Shown: piece after piece, positions 23,822 through 37,746 of the stretch
How positions within the stretch are numbered: the stretch's first letter is position 1
How the letters are laid out: the number at the start of each line of letters is the position of its first letter
NCBI GenBank assembly: GCA_964016885.1
Contig: OZ024743.1
Location: 337,404,001 to 337,468,000 of the forward strand
Direction of reading: 5' to 3'
Source of the DNA: Eledone cirrhosa
Taxonomy: Eukaryota
DNA length: 64,000 nt
Program-made: the position numbers and the translations under genes
The notes under the pieces: generated by a model
The model's database searches: none
Seen by the model: only the letters and a program-made list of their open reading frames with translations
What the model was told of the DNA's origin: nothing

Positions 23822-25960
23822 ATGCGAAAACACAACATCGACTTCTCTACCAAGAACATCCCAATCCCACCGAAAAAACTTTACCTTCGGATGCTCACGC
23901 AAAAAATCGATCTATTTGCGAAAAGACTTAGATGGAGAACTTTTTTCTACGACAGCTATTGCGACAATCAGGACTTCGGTACCAAGGAGAGATTCGGATT
24001 TATTACCTACAAATCTCCCCCCCCCGAACCATTTGCTCTCACCCTTCGAGAATGACCTCTTCCAACTGGTCAAGAACCTTAAATTCAAACCCAGACACAA
24101 CCGATTCCTACAAAAACTCCGTAGCAACTTAACAGAGTATGATAACACCAATGACATCATGGTGCATTCGGATAAAACTGGGAACCTATACTTTGTCAAC
24201 CCCGACAGATACCACACACTGATCAGGAGCAGTCTAAACTGCACCTATAAAAAGGCTAACCACTCATGCATCGAGGAAATTAATCGAGATGGACAACAAA
24301 TTACCTCCAGCCTCAGGGTCGCCGACCGCACCGAACCCCTAGACCCACGGACACCCTACTTCACACTGAAGGACCACAAATCCGATTTCGACCGTAAACC
24401 TTCTATCAGGCTTATAAACCCAACGAAGTCCGACATAGGGAGAATCAGCAAAAAAATCCTAGACCGCGTGATACCAAAAGTCAAGCAACACGCCCGACTT
24501 AGCCTATGGATCAACACCCAGGAAGTTATCTCATGGTTCAGCAATATGGAGGATAAACGAGACACTAAATTTATCCAGTTCGACATAGAGAGCTACTATG
24601 CTTCAATCACCTTACCGCTACTTACTGCCGCCTTGGACTTCGCCGAAGCACTTGTGCCCATCACCGACCAGGAAAGAAAAATCCTCCTCCACGCCAGGAA
24701 GACAGTCTTACTCTTTGATAACTCCAAATGGATAAAAAGAGCTCCCGACTCACCCTTCGACGTCAGCATGGGCGCGTCGGATTCGGCGGAGGTCACAGAT
24801 CTTATAGGATTATTCCTTATAGCCAAACTCACCGATATGTTTCCTGCTTTCGGTGGTGGATTGTACCGTGATGATGGGCTCCTTACCCATAAAGGGTACA
24901 ACCCCAGTAGTACAGATCGGGTCCGTAAACAATTAATCAGCTTCTTCCGCGACTGGGGATTTAAAATAACCCTACAAATGTCCCTGACCCAAATTAATTT
25001 CCTGGACGTTACCCTTGATCTCAATAATGACCTGTACTACCCATACAGGAAACCCAATGACAACCTGCACTACATCCACCGCCGATCTAACCATCCTAGG
25101 AACATCACCAACACCCTGGTCAAAAACATCTCCCTCCGCATATCCCGTTTGTCAGCTAATGAGAAGATATTCGATGAACATGCGCCTTACTACAACCAGG
25201 CCCTCAAGCGGAGTGGTTTCCGGGAGGAAATATCCTACTGTCCAGCTCCCATTAGCGGAACCAGCAGGCGACACCGCCGCTCACGCAATGTAACATGGTT
25301 CAATCCTCCCCACAACGCCGAGGTGACAACTCCCATCGGGAAAATTTTCTTTAGGCTCATTGAAAAACACTTCCCACTACAACACCGCTACCACAACATA
25401 ATTAACAAAAATACCATCAAACTCTCTTACAGCACTACACCTAACTTCGCACAAAACATCGTTTCCCCCAACAACAAAAAACTCAACCCCGATGGAAGAA
25501 ACAACCTAAATAGCAGTGGAGAGCCGACCAGGAGGTGCAACTGTCCTGATAGATCCAGTTGCCCCCTCGACAACAGATGCAGAGACCGTAATGTGATCTA
25601 CCAGTGCAACGTGAGCACGGACACCTCCAACAAAGCTTATATAGGATTAACCGCATGTGACTTCAAGACCCGGCTATACCAACACCGACATACCTTCCGA
25701 AATCCGACCCGGCGTCACGCCACTACACTTTCGGGCCACATATGAGACCTCAAGGACAACAACATCAACTATGATCTCACTTGGAAATTACTGTCCAGAG
25801 CTAACTCTTACACGGGAGGACGCCGTCCGTGCAATTTATGCTCGGAGGAAACTTTACAAATGTTGTTTTCGACGGACTAACTCCTAAACAAGAAATATGA
25901 ACTGGTTACTGCATGTAAACACCGATTACGTAGGACTTACCTCGCCCTCAAACCCCATAA
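23822..25960 (+). pseudogene. PLE RT and GIY-YIG endonuclease polyprotein
   Basis: MRKHNIDFSTKNIP start; frameshift in the poly-C at ~24020; DKTGN, FDIESYY, GLYRDDGL, CNC..C..C, VIY..AYIGLT; late stops. Confidence 0.93.
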
Positions 25961-27038
25961 TGACCCGGGGGGGGGGGGGTAGACTAGGGCTATAACACCC
26001 CACTTGCCTATATTGTAATGGGTAACCCCTGCTTGCCAATGGAGACGTAAGATCTTCTTTTACATTCTTTTATCGCCTCCTCTATATTTCCTTCTTCCCC
26101 CCATCCCTCCCTAGTCCTTCAACCCCAGTTCCTTTTCTTTGTCGTCGTCTTTTTCTCGCCCACCCGAGGTAGCCCCTCGGTCCCTTGTAGCTTCAGTACC
26201 CCCACCCCCTCCCCTATTCTATGATAGATTTGGCTGACTCCGCTTTTTATAGTAGAGGTGTTAGACTTCGGATACTTGCCCCCTTCTCCGACCGCCATCC
26301 CTTTTTTCCGTGCCCTCTATATTTCTTAGTGGCATCTTTGCTTTAATTTCTCGTTTATCCAGTATTTCTTTCTTCTTTTTCTCTTTTTTTTGGGTGGGGT
26401 GGGTGGGTGGGGGTGGGGGGGTGGGGTGTTTCTGTATTAATTTTCCGTTCTTTACTTTTACTTCGTACGATCTTTCATGTAGCTTGTATAAGACTTTTTG
26501 TTTCGTGGCGGTACCCTTAGAGTTAGCATTAGTATTTTTTTGCGGGACCCTGAATTATATTCTCGTACTAGTTTACTTTCTTGCACTGGGTGGTTGCTGG
26601 CCCGGTGATTGGGGTTGAAACCTTTATTATTTCGTGGTAGTCTCTTTAGTATTTTGGCCCCCCCCTTTGTTGACCCGTCACCGTACGATACACGCACTTA
26701 TACCTCGTATAAGGGTCCCTTTATTTCCGTCCCACCTAGTTTATTATTATTATTATTATTTATTTTTTTATTCTTTATTATTATTATTATTATTATTATT
26801 TTTTTTTTTCATTCTCAGTACTTTTTATAGTTTTACCCTACATTGTTCTACTTACCGTTTCGACTTCCTCCCCCTCCCCCTCCCCAGTATCCTCTTTGAC
26901 CTCACGCCCAGCTGTAGCCGGCACTACCAACCGGCAGGTTTAGCTACCCCTTCCCCCACCAATTTGCCATCACAGATTTACTACTAACTTGTGATGTGAC
27001 CAATCCTGGTGATTATCTCTTTGACCATATATGGAATT

Positions 27039-27132
27039 ACCCCTTGATAAGCTCGGCTATTTAAATACCAGAATAAATTTTCATTCAGTCCAGAATTAGC
27101 CGTCGAAACGGCTTGAGCTCAGCCGTCGGGGT
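27039..27132 (+). ncRNA. Type I hammerhead, U3-A8 variant (3' pLTR)
   Basis: Same sequence as 23543-23636. Confidence 0.8.
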
Positions 27133-27223
27133 CTTACTTGTTCCTATTACCCACTCTACTACCCTAAGTATTGAGTACTTTGATGCGTTATGGTTCACCT
27201 GGTTCCTTACCACTTTTCCTTCG

Positions 27224-27292
<69 letters not shown>

Positions 27293-27336
27293 TATATATA
27301 TATAGGCATATATATAGGTATATAGGTATATATAGG

Positions 27337-27371
<35 letters not shown>

Positions 27372-27377
27372 ATATAC

Positions 27378-27738
27378 ACGGGTGTGTATGATTGTGTATA
27401 GAAGATTATATTAATAAAAGGAATTCCAACTTTGTCTGATTTACTCGTTTTATTTACAATCCTTTAAAATTTTAATGATATTGGAACAAGTACTTTCATG
27501 CTTTCGCAATCTTCAGGTTAATATTCAGTGGTGACAGCCAAGTTTGCAATTTTCAACTGTTGAAAATTGCAAACTTGGCTGTCACCACTGAATATTAACC
27601 TGAAAATTGCATGAAAGTACTTGTTCAATTAACATTTAACATTTAATATTCTACCATACTATTTCATTATAATATCATTAACATTTTAAAGGATTGTAAA
27701 TAAAACGAGTAAATCAGACAAAGTTGGAATTCCTTTTA

Positions 27739-27742
<4 letters not shown>
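27378..27742. mobile_element. Fold-back insert (1-nt spacer at 27558) with a minimal HHR at 27485-27519 (-)
   Basis: AAC CTGAAGA T TGC gaaa GCA T GAAA GTAC TT GTT; (TA)n on both flanks. Confidence 0.85.
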
Positions 27743-27804
<62 letters not shown>

Positions 27805-27806
<2 letters not shown>

Positions 27807-28067
27807 CAAATAGATATTTAATTTGTTGGTAATTCAACAAATATATATATTTATAACTGATTCAAAGCACTCGACAAGTTTTCTGGAGTATAATATCAAT
27901 GATATTAATAAATGGAAACTTTATTTATAAAACCATATTTATTCTATTATATATATTCCAAGGGTACCAAAACTTTGGTTGGTACCCGCTCATCAGATAA
28001 AATACAAAGTTTGTTTTCTAAATATTGACATATCCAGAACGAGATCTTAACGGTTCAAGTTTTACCT

Positions 28068-28070
<3 letters not shown>
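27805..28070 (-). mobile_element. Solo PLE terminus with tail and variant HHR
   Basis: TTTTAT CTGATGA..GGGTACC/GGTACCC..GGAA TATATA TA; related to 15808 and 41462. Confidence 0.7.
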
Positions 28071-28154
<84 letters not shown>

Positions 28155-28174
28155 GATTGTATGATGATGTGGTT

Positions 28175-28690
28175 GAGAGGAAGAGCAAAACCTGGGTGGC
28201 GTGCCACAGTTTGAGATCGGTGTGGAAGTCCGACCTTCGTAAAAACCTGAAGATCCGTTTCTTCGTTGCTACATGGGAGTCTTGCTGCTGTACGGGTCTG
28301 AGACTTAAACGCTGACCGAGAAACTCATTCAGATGGTGGGTGGGTGCTACACGAGAATGCTGAGGATGGCTCTGTACATTAATCAGTACACACTGAGGAT
28401 GAAGAACTCAGAGCTGTACGGGAGCCTCCTAAAAGTCAGCTCGAAAGTAAGACAGAGGAGACTGAGATTATCTGGACATGCTCGCCGACATTCGGAGTTG
28501 ACACTGCACTCAGTGCTACTGTGTGAGCCCCTACATGGACATACTAGAAGAGGGAGACTGAAGTTGACATATATTGACACCCTAAGGACAGAAAATAGTC
28601 TCTGGGAGACGCAGGACATGGCGGCGATGATGAGGCAGAGACCACTGGAAAGAACTCGTCCATGGATCTCGGGAATTTTACCGCCCTAGA
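28175..28690 (+). mobile_element. RTE-type LINE 3' fragment
   Basis: LLYGSET*TLT...GCYTRMLR...RRLRLSGHARRH...RRGR. Confidence 0.8.
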
Positions 28691-28705
28691 TATATAGATA
28701 GATTG

Positions 28706-28786
<81 letters not shown>

Positions 28787-29449
28787 ATGCCTAGGCTGGT
28801 GAGTGTGTGTGCATTTATGAGACAGTCTGTATGTGTGTGTACGTATGTGATTGAAGGTGAGAATGTATTTTTGTGTAACTACGCTTTTTTTAATGAGGTG
28901 CATGTGTGTGTGTGTGTGTGTGACTATATCTCCCCTCCTTTCTGTCAGTCTCTCTGCCTGTCTACCTGTATGTATGTATGGATGGATGAATGTGTATGTT
29001 TGTATGTATGTATGTACGTATGTATGTATGTGTGTATGTATGTATGTACGTATGCATGTATGTATGTATGTACGTATGTATGTATGTATGTATGTATGTA
29101 TGTACGTATGCATGTTTGTATGTATGTGTGTAGGTAAGAATGTGTGTATGTATGTGTGTACGTATGAATGTGAATGTTCTTTCTGTTCCTGTGAAGAATT
29201 TTTTTGTTGATGTTGTGTTCAGCCATGCTGTTTGTAGCAAATCCTTGTAAAATGAATTATGTATTTAGTCGGATATCTCTACGAATTCGAATAAAAGGTG
29301 TCTTCAGAAGGGATAGTTAGAAGAATAACCAGTTCTTCAACCTGGCTGTAGTCGTGGCATTACTGTCGGAGGTAGTATTCATCTTAAATTTAATAAATAG
29401 TCTCCAACGCCAAAATATGATGTATGTATGTACGTATGTGTGTATGTCA

Positions 29450-30159
29450 GTCAGGTCACCAGTTGGTGCTACTGGTAACATGTATCCCAGTACAACCTGT
29501 CTCATGGTCGGGTTTGTTGGCGACTAAACTGGCAACCCCACCAAGTTTTCTTGGTGAGGAGGGTGACTTTGGACATCCTGCAGGACTAAAAACAAAACCT
29601 GTCAAAGGGCAAAGGAGCTCTTAAGAGTCAATGGCCATCCAAAATCACCGGGAGAGATGACCCCTTAGCCTTTGTAAAGGCAGAATTCTAGGAGAAGGAA
29701 AACTCTGATATAACACCTGCAACCCTGATGGTATCCAATGATGTTGACTTGTTCTTCTTTTTGGTAAATATCATCTTGGTTAAGAGAGTGTGACTGGCTT
29801 TGTGCAGTGCCTTTGCTCACTATAAAAGCTTCACGGCACAGGCATTGCTTTATATCTGGAGATCTCTCTGCTCTGCACTTGTCGTCACATGGTGCCATGG
29901 GCCCAGTACTATGTGTCGATAATTGTCACAGGTGTAGTGTTTGTACCAGAGTTTTCAAGTCGCTGGCTGGACTAAAAAGTCACACTCGTTCAGCGCATCG
30001 GTAGGGGTTCTCCTACATGGATATAAAGTAGTGGCCGTACTCGAAAACGAGTTGGCAGCCACCATGTACGTATGTATGTATGCGTGCACGTATGAATGTG
30101 TATGTATGTGTGTACGTATGTATATACGTATGTATGTATGTACGTGTGTACGTATGTGC

Positions 30160-30191
<32 letters not shown>

Positions 30192-32059
30192 ATGTATGTA
30201 TGTATGTATGTATGTATGTATGTATGTATGTGTGTATGTATGTATGTATGTATGTGTATGTATGAATGTGTATGTATGTATGTGTATATCTCTTTCTCTT
30301 AATTTCGAGTATATTTTTTTTGACCGGCCACCTTCCTGGTGGCAAGATTGTAAAAGAAAAGAAATTGTCATCCCTATGTATGTATGTATGTATGTATGTA
30401 TGTATGTATGTATGTATGTATGTATGTATGTATGTATGTATGTATGTATGTATGTATGTCAGGTCACCAGTTGGTGCTACTGGTAACATGTATCCCAGTA
30501 CAACCTGTCTCATGGTCGGGTCGTTGGCGACTAAACTGGCAACCCCACCAAGGTTTCCTGGTGAGGAGGGTGACTTTGGACATCCTGCAGGACTAAAAAC
30601 AAAACCTGTCAAAGGGCAAAGGAGCTCTTAAGAGTAAATGGCCATCCAAAATCACCGGGAGAGATGACCCCTTACACTTTGTCAAGGCAGAATTCTAGGA
30701 GAAGAAAAACTCTGTTATAACACCTGCAACCCTGATGGTATCCAATGATGTTGACTTGTTCTTCTTTTTGGTAAATATCATCTTGTTTAAGAGAGTGTGA
30801 CTGGCTTTGTGCAGTGCCTTTGCTCACTATAAAAGCTTCACGGCACAGGCATTGCTTTATATCTGGAGATCTCTCTGCTCTGCACTTGTCGTCACATGGT
30901 GCCATGGGCCCAGTACTATGTGTCGATAATTGTCACAGGTGTAGTGTTTGTACCAGAGTTTTCAAGTCGCTGGCTGGACTAAAAAGTCACACTCGTTCAG
31001 CGCATCGGTAGGGGTTCTCCTACATGGATATAAAGTAGTGGCCGTACTCGAAAACGAGTTGGCAGCCACCATGTACGTATGTATGCGTGTATGTATGTAT
31101 GTATGTATGTATGTATGTATGTATGTATGTATGTATGTATGTATGTATGTATGTATGTACGTATGTATGTATGTGTGTACGTATGTATGTACGTATGTAT
31201 GTATGTACGTGTGTATGTATGTGCGTGTGTGTGTGTGTATGTACGTATGTATGTACGTATGTATGTGTGTATGTATGTTTGTATGTATGTATGTGTATGT
31301 ATGTATGTGTATGTATGAATGTGTATGTATGTATGTGTATATCTCTTTCTCTTAATTTCGAGTATATTTGTTTTGACCGGCCACCTTCCTGGTGGCAAGG
31401 TTGTAAAAGAAAAGAAATTGTCATCCCTATGTATGTATGTATGTATGTATGTATGTATGTATGTATGTATGTATGTATGTATGTATGTATGTCAGGTCAC
31501 CAGTTGGTGCTACTGGTAAGATGTATCCCAGTACAACCTGTCTCATGGTCGGGTCGTTGGCGACTAAACTGGCAGCCCCACCAAGGTTTCCTGGTGAGGA
31601 GGGTGACTTTGCACATCCTGCAGGACTAAAAGCAAAACCTGTCAAAGGGCAAAGGAGCTCTTAAGAGTCAATGGCCATCCAAAATCACCGGGAGAGATGA
31701 CCCCTTAGCCTTTGTCAAGGCATAGTTCTAGAAGGAAAACTCTGATATAACACCTGCAACCCTGATGGTATCCAATGATGTCGACTTGTTCTTCTTTTTG
31801 GTAAATATCATCTTGGTTAAGAGAGTGGGACTGGCTTTGTGCAGTGCCTTTGCTCACTATAAAAGCTTCACGGCACAGGCATTGCTTTATATCTGGAGAT
31901 CTCTCTGCATTTGTCGTCACATGGTACCATGGGCCCAGCACTATGTGTCGATAATTGTCACAAGTGTAGTGTTTGTACTAAAAAGTCACACTCGGTAGGG
32001 GTTCTCCTACATGGATATAAAGTAGTGGTCGTACTCGAAAACGAGTTGGCAGCCACCAT
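29450..32059 (+). mobile_element. Three tandem copies of the RTE-derived element (29450-30065, 30458-31072, 31491-32059)
   Basis: Near-identical to 3473-4080; separated by (TATG)n and a duplicated ~95-bp spacer. Confidence 0.9.
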
Positions 32060-32164
32060 GTACGTATGTATGTTTAACTAATGATATTTTTAGGCCGGAA
32101 GAAGATGCCAGCCGTTTCACAAGTAAACATTTCGACGAACCGGTGTCGTTACGTGAGCCAGGCA

Positions 32165-33160
32165 CACACCACTTTCCTGCGTGTAGAATATTATACACAC
32201 CACTTTCTTGCGTGTAGAATATTATACACACCACTTCCCGGCGTGTAGAATATTATACACACCACTTCCCGGCGTGTAGAATATTATACACACCACTTTC
32301 CGGCGTGTAGAATATTATAAACACCACTTCCCAGCGTGTAGAATATTATACACGCCACTTTCCGGCGTGAAGAATATTATACACACCACTTTCCGGCGTG
32401 TAGAATATTATAAACACCACTTCCCAGCGTGTAGAATATTACACACACCACTTTCCTGCGTGTAGAATATTATAAATACCACTTCCCAGCGTGTAGAATA
32501 TTATACACACGACTTGACGGCGTGTATAATATTATACACACCACTTTCCGGCGTGTAGAATATTATAAACACCACTTCCCGGCGTGTAGAATATTATACA
32601 CAACACTTTCCGGCGTGTAGAATATTATACACACCACTTCCCGGCGTGTAGAATATTATACACACCACTTTGCGGCGTGTAGAATATTATACACACCACT
32701 TCCCGGCGTGTAGAATATTATACACACCACTTCTCGGGGTGTAGAATATTATACACAACACTTTCCGGCGTGTACAATATTATACACACCACTTTCCGGC
32801 GTGTAGAATATTATACACACGACTTACCGCCGTGTAGAATATTATACACACCACTTCCCGGCGTGAAGAATATTATAAACACCACTTTTCAGCGTGTAGA
32901 ATATTATACACGCTGCAACACAGCGTGTAGAATATTATACACGCCACTTCCCGGCGTGTAGAATATTATACACACCACTTTACAGCGTGTAGAATATAAT
33001 ACACACCACTTTCCAGCGTGTAGAATATTATACACACCACTTGCCCGCGTGTAGAATATTATACACACCACTTTCTGGCGTGTAGAATATTATACACGCC
33101 GCTACACAGCGTGTAGAATATTCTACACGCCGCTATACGGTGTGTAGAAAATTATACATA
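32165..33160. repeat. 31-bp minisatellite, ~32 copies
   Basis: Unit CACACCACTTTCCGGCGTGTAGAATATTATA. Confidence 0.95.
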
Positions 33161-33164
33161 CGCC

Positions 33165-34645
33165 TTTTGGTTATTGTATTTGTGGTAATTATGGTTATGT
33201 TGCTGATGGTGGTGATGGTTGAAGTTGCGGTAGTAGTAGTGGTGGTGTTGGTGGTAGTGGCCAAGGTGGTAGTGGTAGTGGTGTTGGTGGTTGTGGTAGA
33301 AGTGATAGTTGCAGGAGTGTTGGTAGTAGTGGTGGTGGTGTTGATGGTAGTGGTGAAGTGGTAGTTGTAGTGGTGTTGTTGGGTGTGGAGGAGGTGGTGG
33401 TGGTAGTGTTGATTGAGGTTGTAGTGGTGGTGATGGTAGTGGTGATTATGGTTGTGGTACAGGTGGTAGTTGTAGAGGTGTTGTTGTTTGTGGTGCAGGT
33501 GTTAGTTGTAGTGGTGGTGCTGGTTGTAGTACAGGTAGTAGTTGTTTTGGTGGTGTTGGTTATAGTACAGGTGGTAGTTGTAGTGGTGTTGATGGTTGTA
33601 GTACAGGTGGTAGTTGTAGTGGTGTTGAGGGTTGTGGTGCAGGTGGTAGTTGTTTTGGTGATGATGGTTGTAGTACAGGTGGTAGTTATAGTGGTGTTGC
33701 TGGTTGTAGTACAGGTGTTGATGGTTGTAGTACAGGTGGTAGTTGTAGTGGTGTTGAGGGTTGTAGTACAGGTGGTAGTTATAGTGGTGTTGCTGGTTGT
33801 AGTACAGGTGGTAGTTGTAGTGGTGTTGCTGGTTGTAGTACAGGTAGTAGTTGTAGTGGTGTTGCTGGTTGTAGTACAGGTAGTAGTTGTAGTGGTGTTG
33901 ATGGTTGTAGTACAGGTGGTAGTTATAGTGGTGTTGATGGTTGTAGTACAGGTGGTAGTTGTAGTGGTGTTGCTGGTTGTAGTACAGGTAGTAGTTGTAG
34001 TGGTGTTGATGGTTGTAGTACAGGTGGTAGTTGTAGTGGTGTTGTTGGTTGTAGTACAGGTGGTAGTTGTAGTGGTGTTGTTGGTTGTAGTACAGGTGGT
34101 AGTTGTAGTGGTGTTGTTGGTTGTAGTACAGGTGGTAGTTGTAGTAGTGTTGTTGGTTGTAGTACAGGTGGTAGTTGTAGTGGTGTTGGTTGTAGTACAG
34201 GTGGTAGTTGTAGTGGTGTTGTTGGTTGTAGTACAGGTGGTAGTTGTAGTGGTGTTGTTGGTTGTAGTACAGGTGGTAGTTGTAGTTGTGGTGATGGTAG
34301 TGGTGATTATGGTTGTGGTATAGGTGGTAGTTGTAGTGGTGTTGTTGGTTGTGGTGCAGGTGGTAGTTGTAGTGGTGTTGTTGGTGGTGATGTTGGTGAT
34401 GGTGGTGACGGCGGTGGTGGTGGTATTGGTGGCTGTGGTGGTGGTGGCGGTGGTGGTGGTGTTGGTGGTGGTGGCGGTGGTGGTGGTGTTGGTGGTGGTG
34501 TTGGTGGTGGTGGTGGTGGTGATGGTGGTGGTGGTGGTGGCGGTGGTGATGGTGTTGGTGGTGGTGGCGATGGTGATGGTGTTGGTGGTGGTGGTGGTGG
34601 TGATGGTGGTGGTGGTGGTGGCGGTGGTGATGGTGTTACTGCTGC

Positions 34646-34676
<31 letters not shown>

Positions 34677-34850
34677 GTTGATGGTGGTGTTAGAAGTGGT
34701 ATTAATGGATGAAAATACATACACACACCTCCTTCTCCCCATCCTCTCCCCCACACCCTCCTACTCCTCCTCCTCATCATCATCACCCTTCTCCTCCTCC
34801 CCCTCCTCCTCCTCCTCCTCCTCATCATCATCATCATCCTCACCATCAAC
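33165..34850. repeat. (GGT/GTA)n low-complexity tract with 36-bp higher-order unit
   Basis: Unit GTTGTAGTACAGGTGGTAGTTGTAGTGGTGTTGTTG at ~33450-34380. Confidence 0.9.
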
Positions 34851-35081
34851 TACCCAGGATCAGACTCCCCTTCCATCCAGTTACCTGACCTTTCCCCTCT
34901 GGTGCAGTTCCTGGCAACCGCCACCTCTGCTGCACCACATATATGGGCAGCAGACTGCAATGGCGCTGGTAGTGTCGGCTGATCTTGGTTTAGTTGGCAG
35001 GGACCCAATTGGATATGAGAGGGAGGGGGAGAGGGGAGAGGGGAGAGAGGGGAGAGAGAGAGAGAGAGACAGACAGAGAAC

Positions 35082-35134
<53 letters not shown>

Positions 35135-35239
35135 AGAGAGAGAGAGAGACGCGGAGAGAGAGACAGAGAGAGAAAGTGAGAGAGAGATACGTACAGAGAG
35201 AGAGAAAGAGAGAGGGAGTGAAAGAATGAGAGAGAGAGA

Positions 35240-35304
<65 letters not shown>

Positions 35305-36287
35305 GGTAAAGAACTGCAGAGAAACTTGTAAAATCTAAGTGAAAATAAAAAATAATAAAATATATAAAAATATCCGTAAACGAAAATATAAGAAGAAAAC
35401 ATTTTCAGTGAAAGGAATTTCGATTAGTAAGAAATGTTGATAAATATATAATAAACAGTAATCAAGGATGAATTCAACATCCTCCGCCTCCCATATATAT
35501 ATATGTATATATGTGTATTTCTCACTACTACACTTATGCTAAATTTTTACTTTCCTTCGCTTTTAAAAACACTCTTTAATAACATCTAATTCTTATTTAC
35601 CACATTCATATAAAATAATATAAATTTATCCCTATAAGTATACCTATCAATTAATTTAATTTCTTGTTATAGATCTAGATTCCTTGTGGTTTAAATAAGA
35701 TTGGTATTTCTCAAATACTTTTACTCTAAAATTTTATTTTATTTCGTTTTTAACACTATTCTTTAATAACATCAAATTTTCATGTTACCTCACTGGCTTG
35801 ACCTCTTTTCATCCCCAAAGTATTCTTTTCATTCAAAACATAAGTCTGCACTCCTCTACCCCTAAATTAAATTTCTACTACTACTATTCTATCAACTTGA
35901 CATCTAACTACTTTTCTATTGGACAATACAAAACCTGTTCCCAAACAGACCTTTTATATTAAATCTTTGTGGGTTTTTTTTTTCAATAAGACAGCATATA
36001 TATGTGAAGGTATGTATATTTCCTCTGATAATGTGTAATATTTTTACATAGATCTATATGATATACATACCAACACACACATATACATCCTAGAACGTTC
36101 GTAAAATGATGATTTTTTTTAATATAAGGAATGGTTTGTTTTTATTTCATGGTTTTTATTAATTTATCTTGACTCTGTTTTCCTATGATTTTCATCGAAA
36201 AGTTTTGAATGCATCTTCTCTTTTCATGATATTTGGATTACATTGAGTTCTTCATACAGATTGGACACTACCGTATATTTTGGTAGA

Positions 36288-36377
<90 letters not shown>

Positions 36378-36384
<7 letters not shown>

Positions 36385-36710
36385 ATACTTTGGGAGGGTC
36401 ATGTTGCCAATAAGAAACACACGCACCAGTTGCTTTCACTTCAATTTATTATAATAAATTTATAAATTTAGGAATTTATAAATTTCCGGTTGGTTGGTTG
36501 GTTGGTTCCACAACCAGATAGTTGTTTATATATTGTCAAAGTTCTTTCGTCACACATTCTGTGACCTCTTCAGTGACTGGGGATTCTTTTCTTTATTTTT
36601 GTGCCTCTCCTTTGTTCTGTCCTACGCCATTTTGTTTCAAAGTAAAACAATATCGGTTTCAACACACGTTTTCAGATAAAGAATCTTGCTAAACAAATTC
36701 AGAAACGAAA
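36378..36710. mobile_element. pLTR mini-insert of the 37745 PLE family, HHR at 36535-36577 (-), inverted tail
   Basis: GTCA CTGAAGA G GTCAC..GTGAC GAAA GAAC TT TGAC. 36638-36710 is the reverse complement of 37745-37816. Confidence 0.85.
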
Positions 36711-36732
36711 TATATATATATATATATATATA

Positions 36733-37701
36733 TATTATGAAGAGAGAAGAAACATTTAGATATAATTAGTAATAAAATGTATCATACCTAAACTGCTCCT
36801 AGATTCCTCGACTACGTAGTTTCGTGGCATAAACAAAAACAATACATCATAAAGATATAGAGCTTTTGCGAGGTCTGCCGACTTATCAAGAGGATACCTC
36901 GTTTTACTAGCTTCAAGAACGCGTCTATATGATGTGAGAAAGAATCCCAAAAGGCGGAGGGGGAAATAGTCACGTGATACAACGGTCAAGAAACTGAGCT
37001 AAGCCTCTTATAACCCCGAAGAAAATACCACGGAGGCGGAGGGGGCATTTATATCGAAGCCGTAGAAGAGGTGGTAAAGGAGGCGAGAAGTATGAGTAAT
37101 GGCAGCTTTCCAGCAGTCACCACACTTCAAAGATTACTCGACCAGAGGGAGTTATGAACAATATATTTAGAAACACACAGATACATGCGGACACACACAT
37201 ATACATGAATGCATCCACATACAACTGTGAGTTAATGGTGCCAACCTTACCGATGTTGCTCTATGAATGACTGGGACAGACCAATCCGGTTGAATTAGAC
37301 CGAACCAGTATCAGAGCTAAAAGTACATTATGAAGAGAGAAGAAACATTTAGATATAATTAGTAATAAAATGTATCATACCTAAACTGCTCCTAGATTCC
37401 TCGACTACGTAGTTTCGTGGCATAAACAAAAACAATACATCATAAAGATATAGAGCTTTTGCGAGGTCTGCCGACTTATCAAGAGGATACCTCGTTTTAC
37501 TAGCTTCAAGAACGCGTCTATATGATGTGAGAAAGAATCCCAAAAGGCGGAGGGGGAGATAGTCACGTGATACAACGGTCAAGAAACAGAGCTAAGCCTC
37601 TCATAACCCCGAAGAAAATACCACGGAGGCGGAGGGGGCATTTATATCGAAGCCGTAGAAGAGGTGGTGAAGGGGGCGAGAAGTATGAGTAATGGCAGCT
37701 T

Positions 37702-37702
<1 letters not shown>
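36733..37702 (-). mobile_element. Retrozyme-like partial tandem (593-bp period) with two HHRs (36806-36893, 37399-37486)
   Basis: ~375-bp direct repeats, each with CCTC TTGATAA..GAAA CTACGTAG TC GAGG; no credible ORF; (TA)n flanks. Confidence 0.8.

Positions 37703-37744
<42 letters not shown>

Positions 37745-37746
<2 letters not shown>

Larger units (their letters stand above)
23255..27226 (+). mobile_element. Near-complete Penelope-like element with direct pseudo-LTRs
   Basis: pLTRs at ~23271-23730 and 26810-27226 (the 3' copy lacks ~47 bp), an RT plus GIY-YIG ORF, and (TA)n at the 3' end. Confidence 0.95.

Noticed and set aside
25743-25745. In-frame TGA in the PLE endonuclease as selenocysteine
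   Set aside because: It aligns with Trp in the homologs at ~61660 (AYIWSLKDN) and ~17650 (LLWGL), so it is a TGG-to-TGA mutation; a TAA stop also follows.
32165-33160. 31-bp repeat array as a CRISPR
   Set aside because: Units are head-to-tail with no unique spacers, there are no cas genes, and the context is eukaryotic.
33195-34754. 519-aa Thr/Cys mucin-like ORF and the poly-Val ORFs
   Set aside because: Open on both strands because the trinucleotide-derived repeat lacks stops; no signal peptide or non-repetitive domain.
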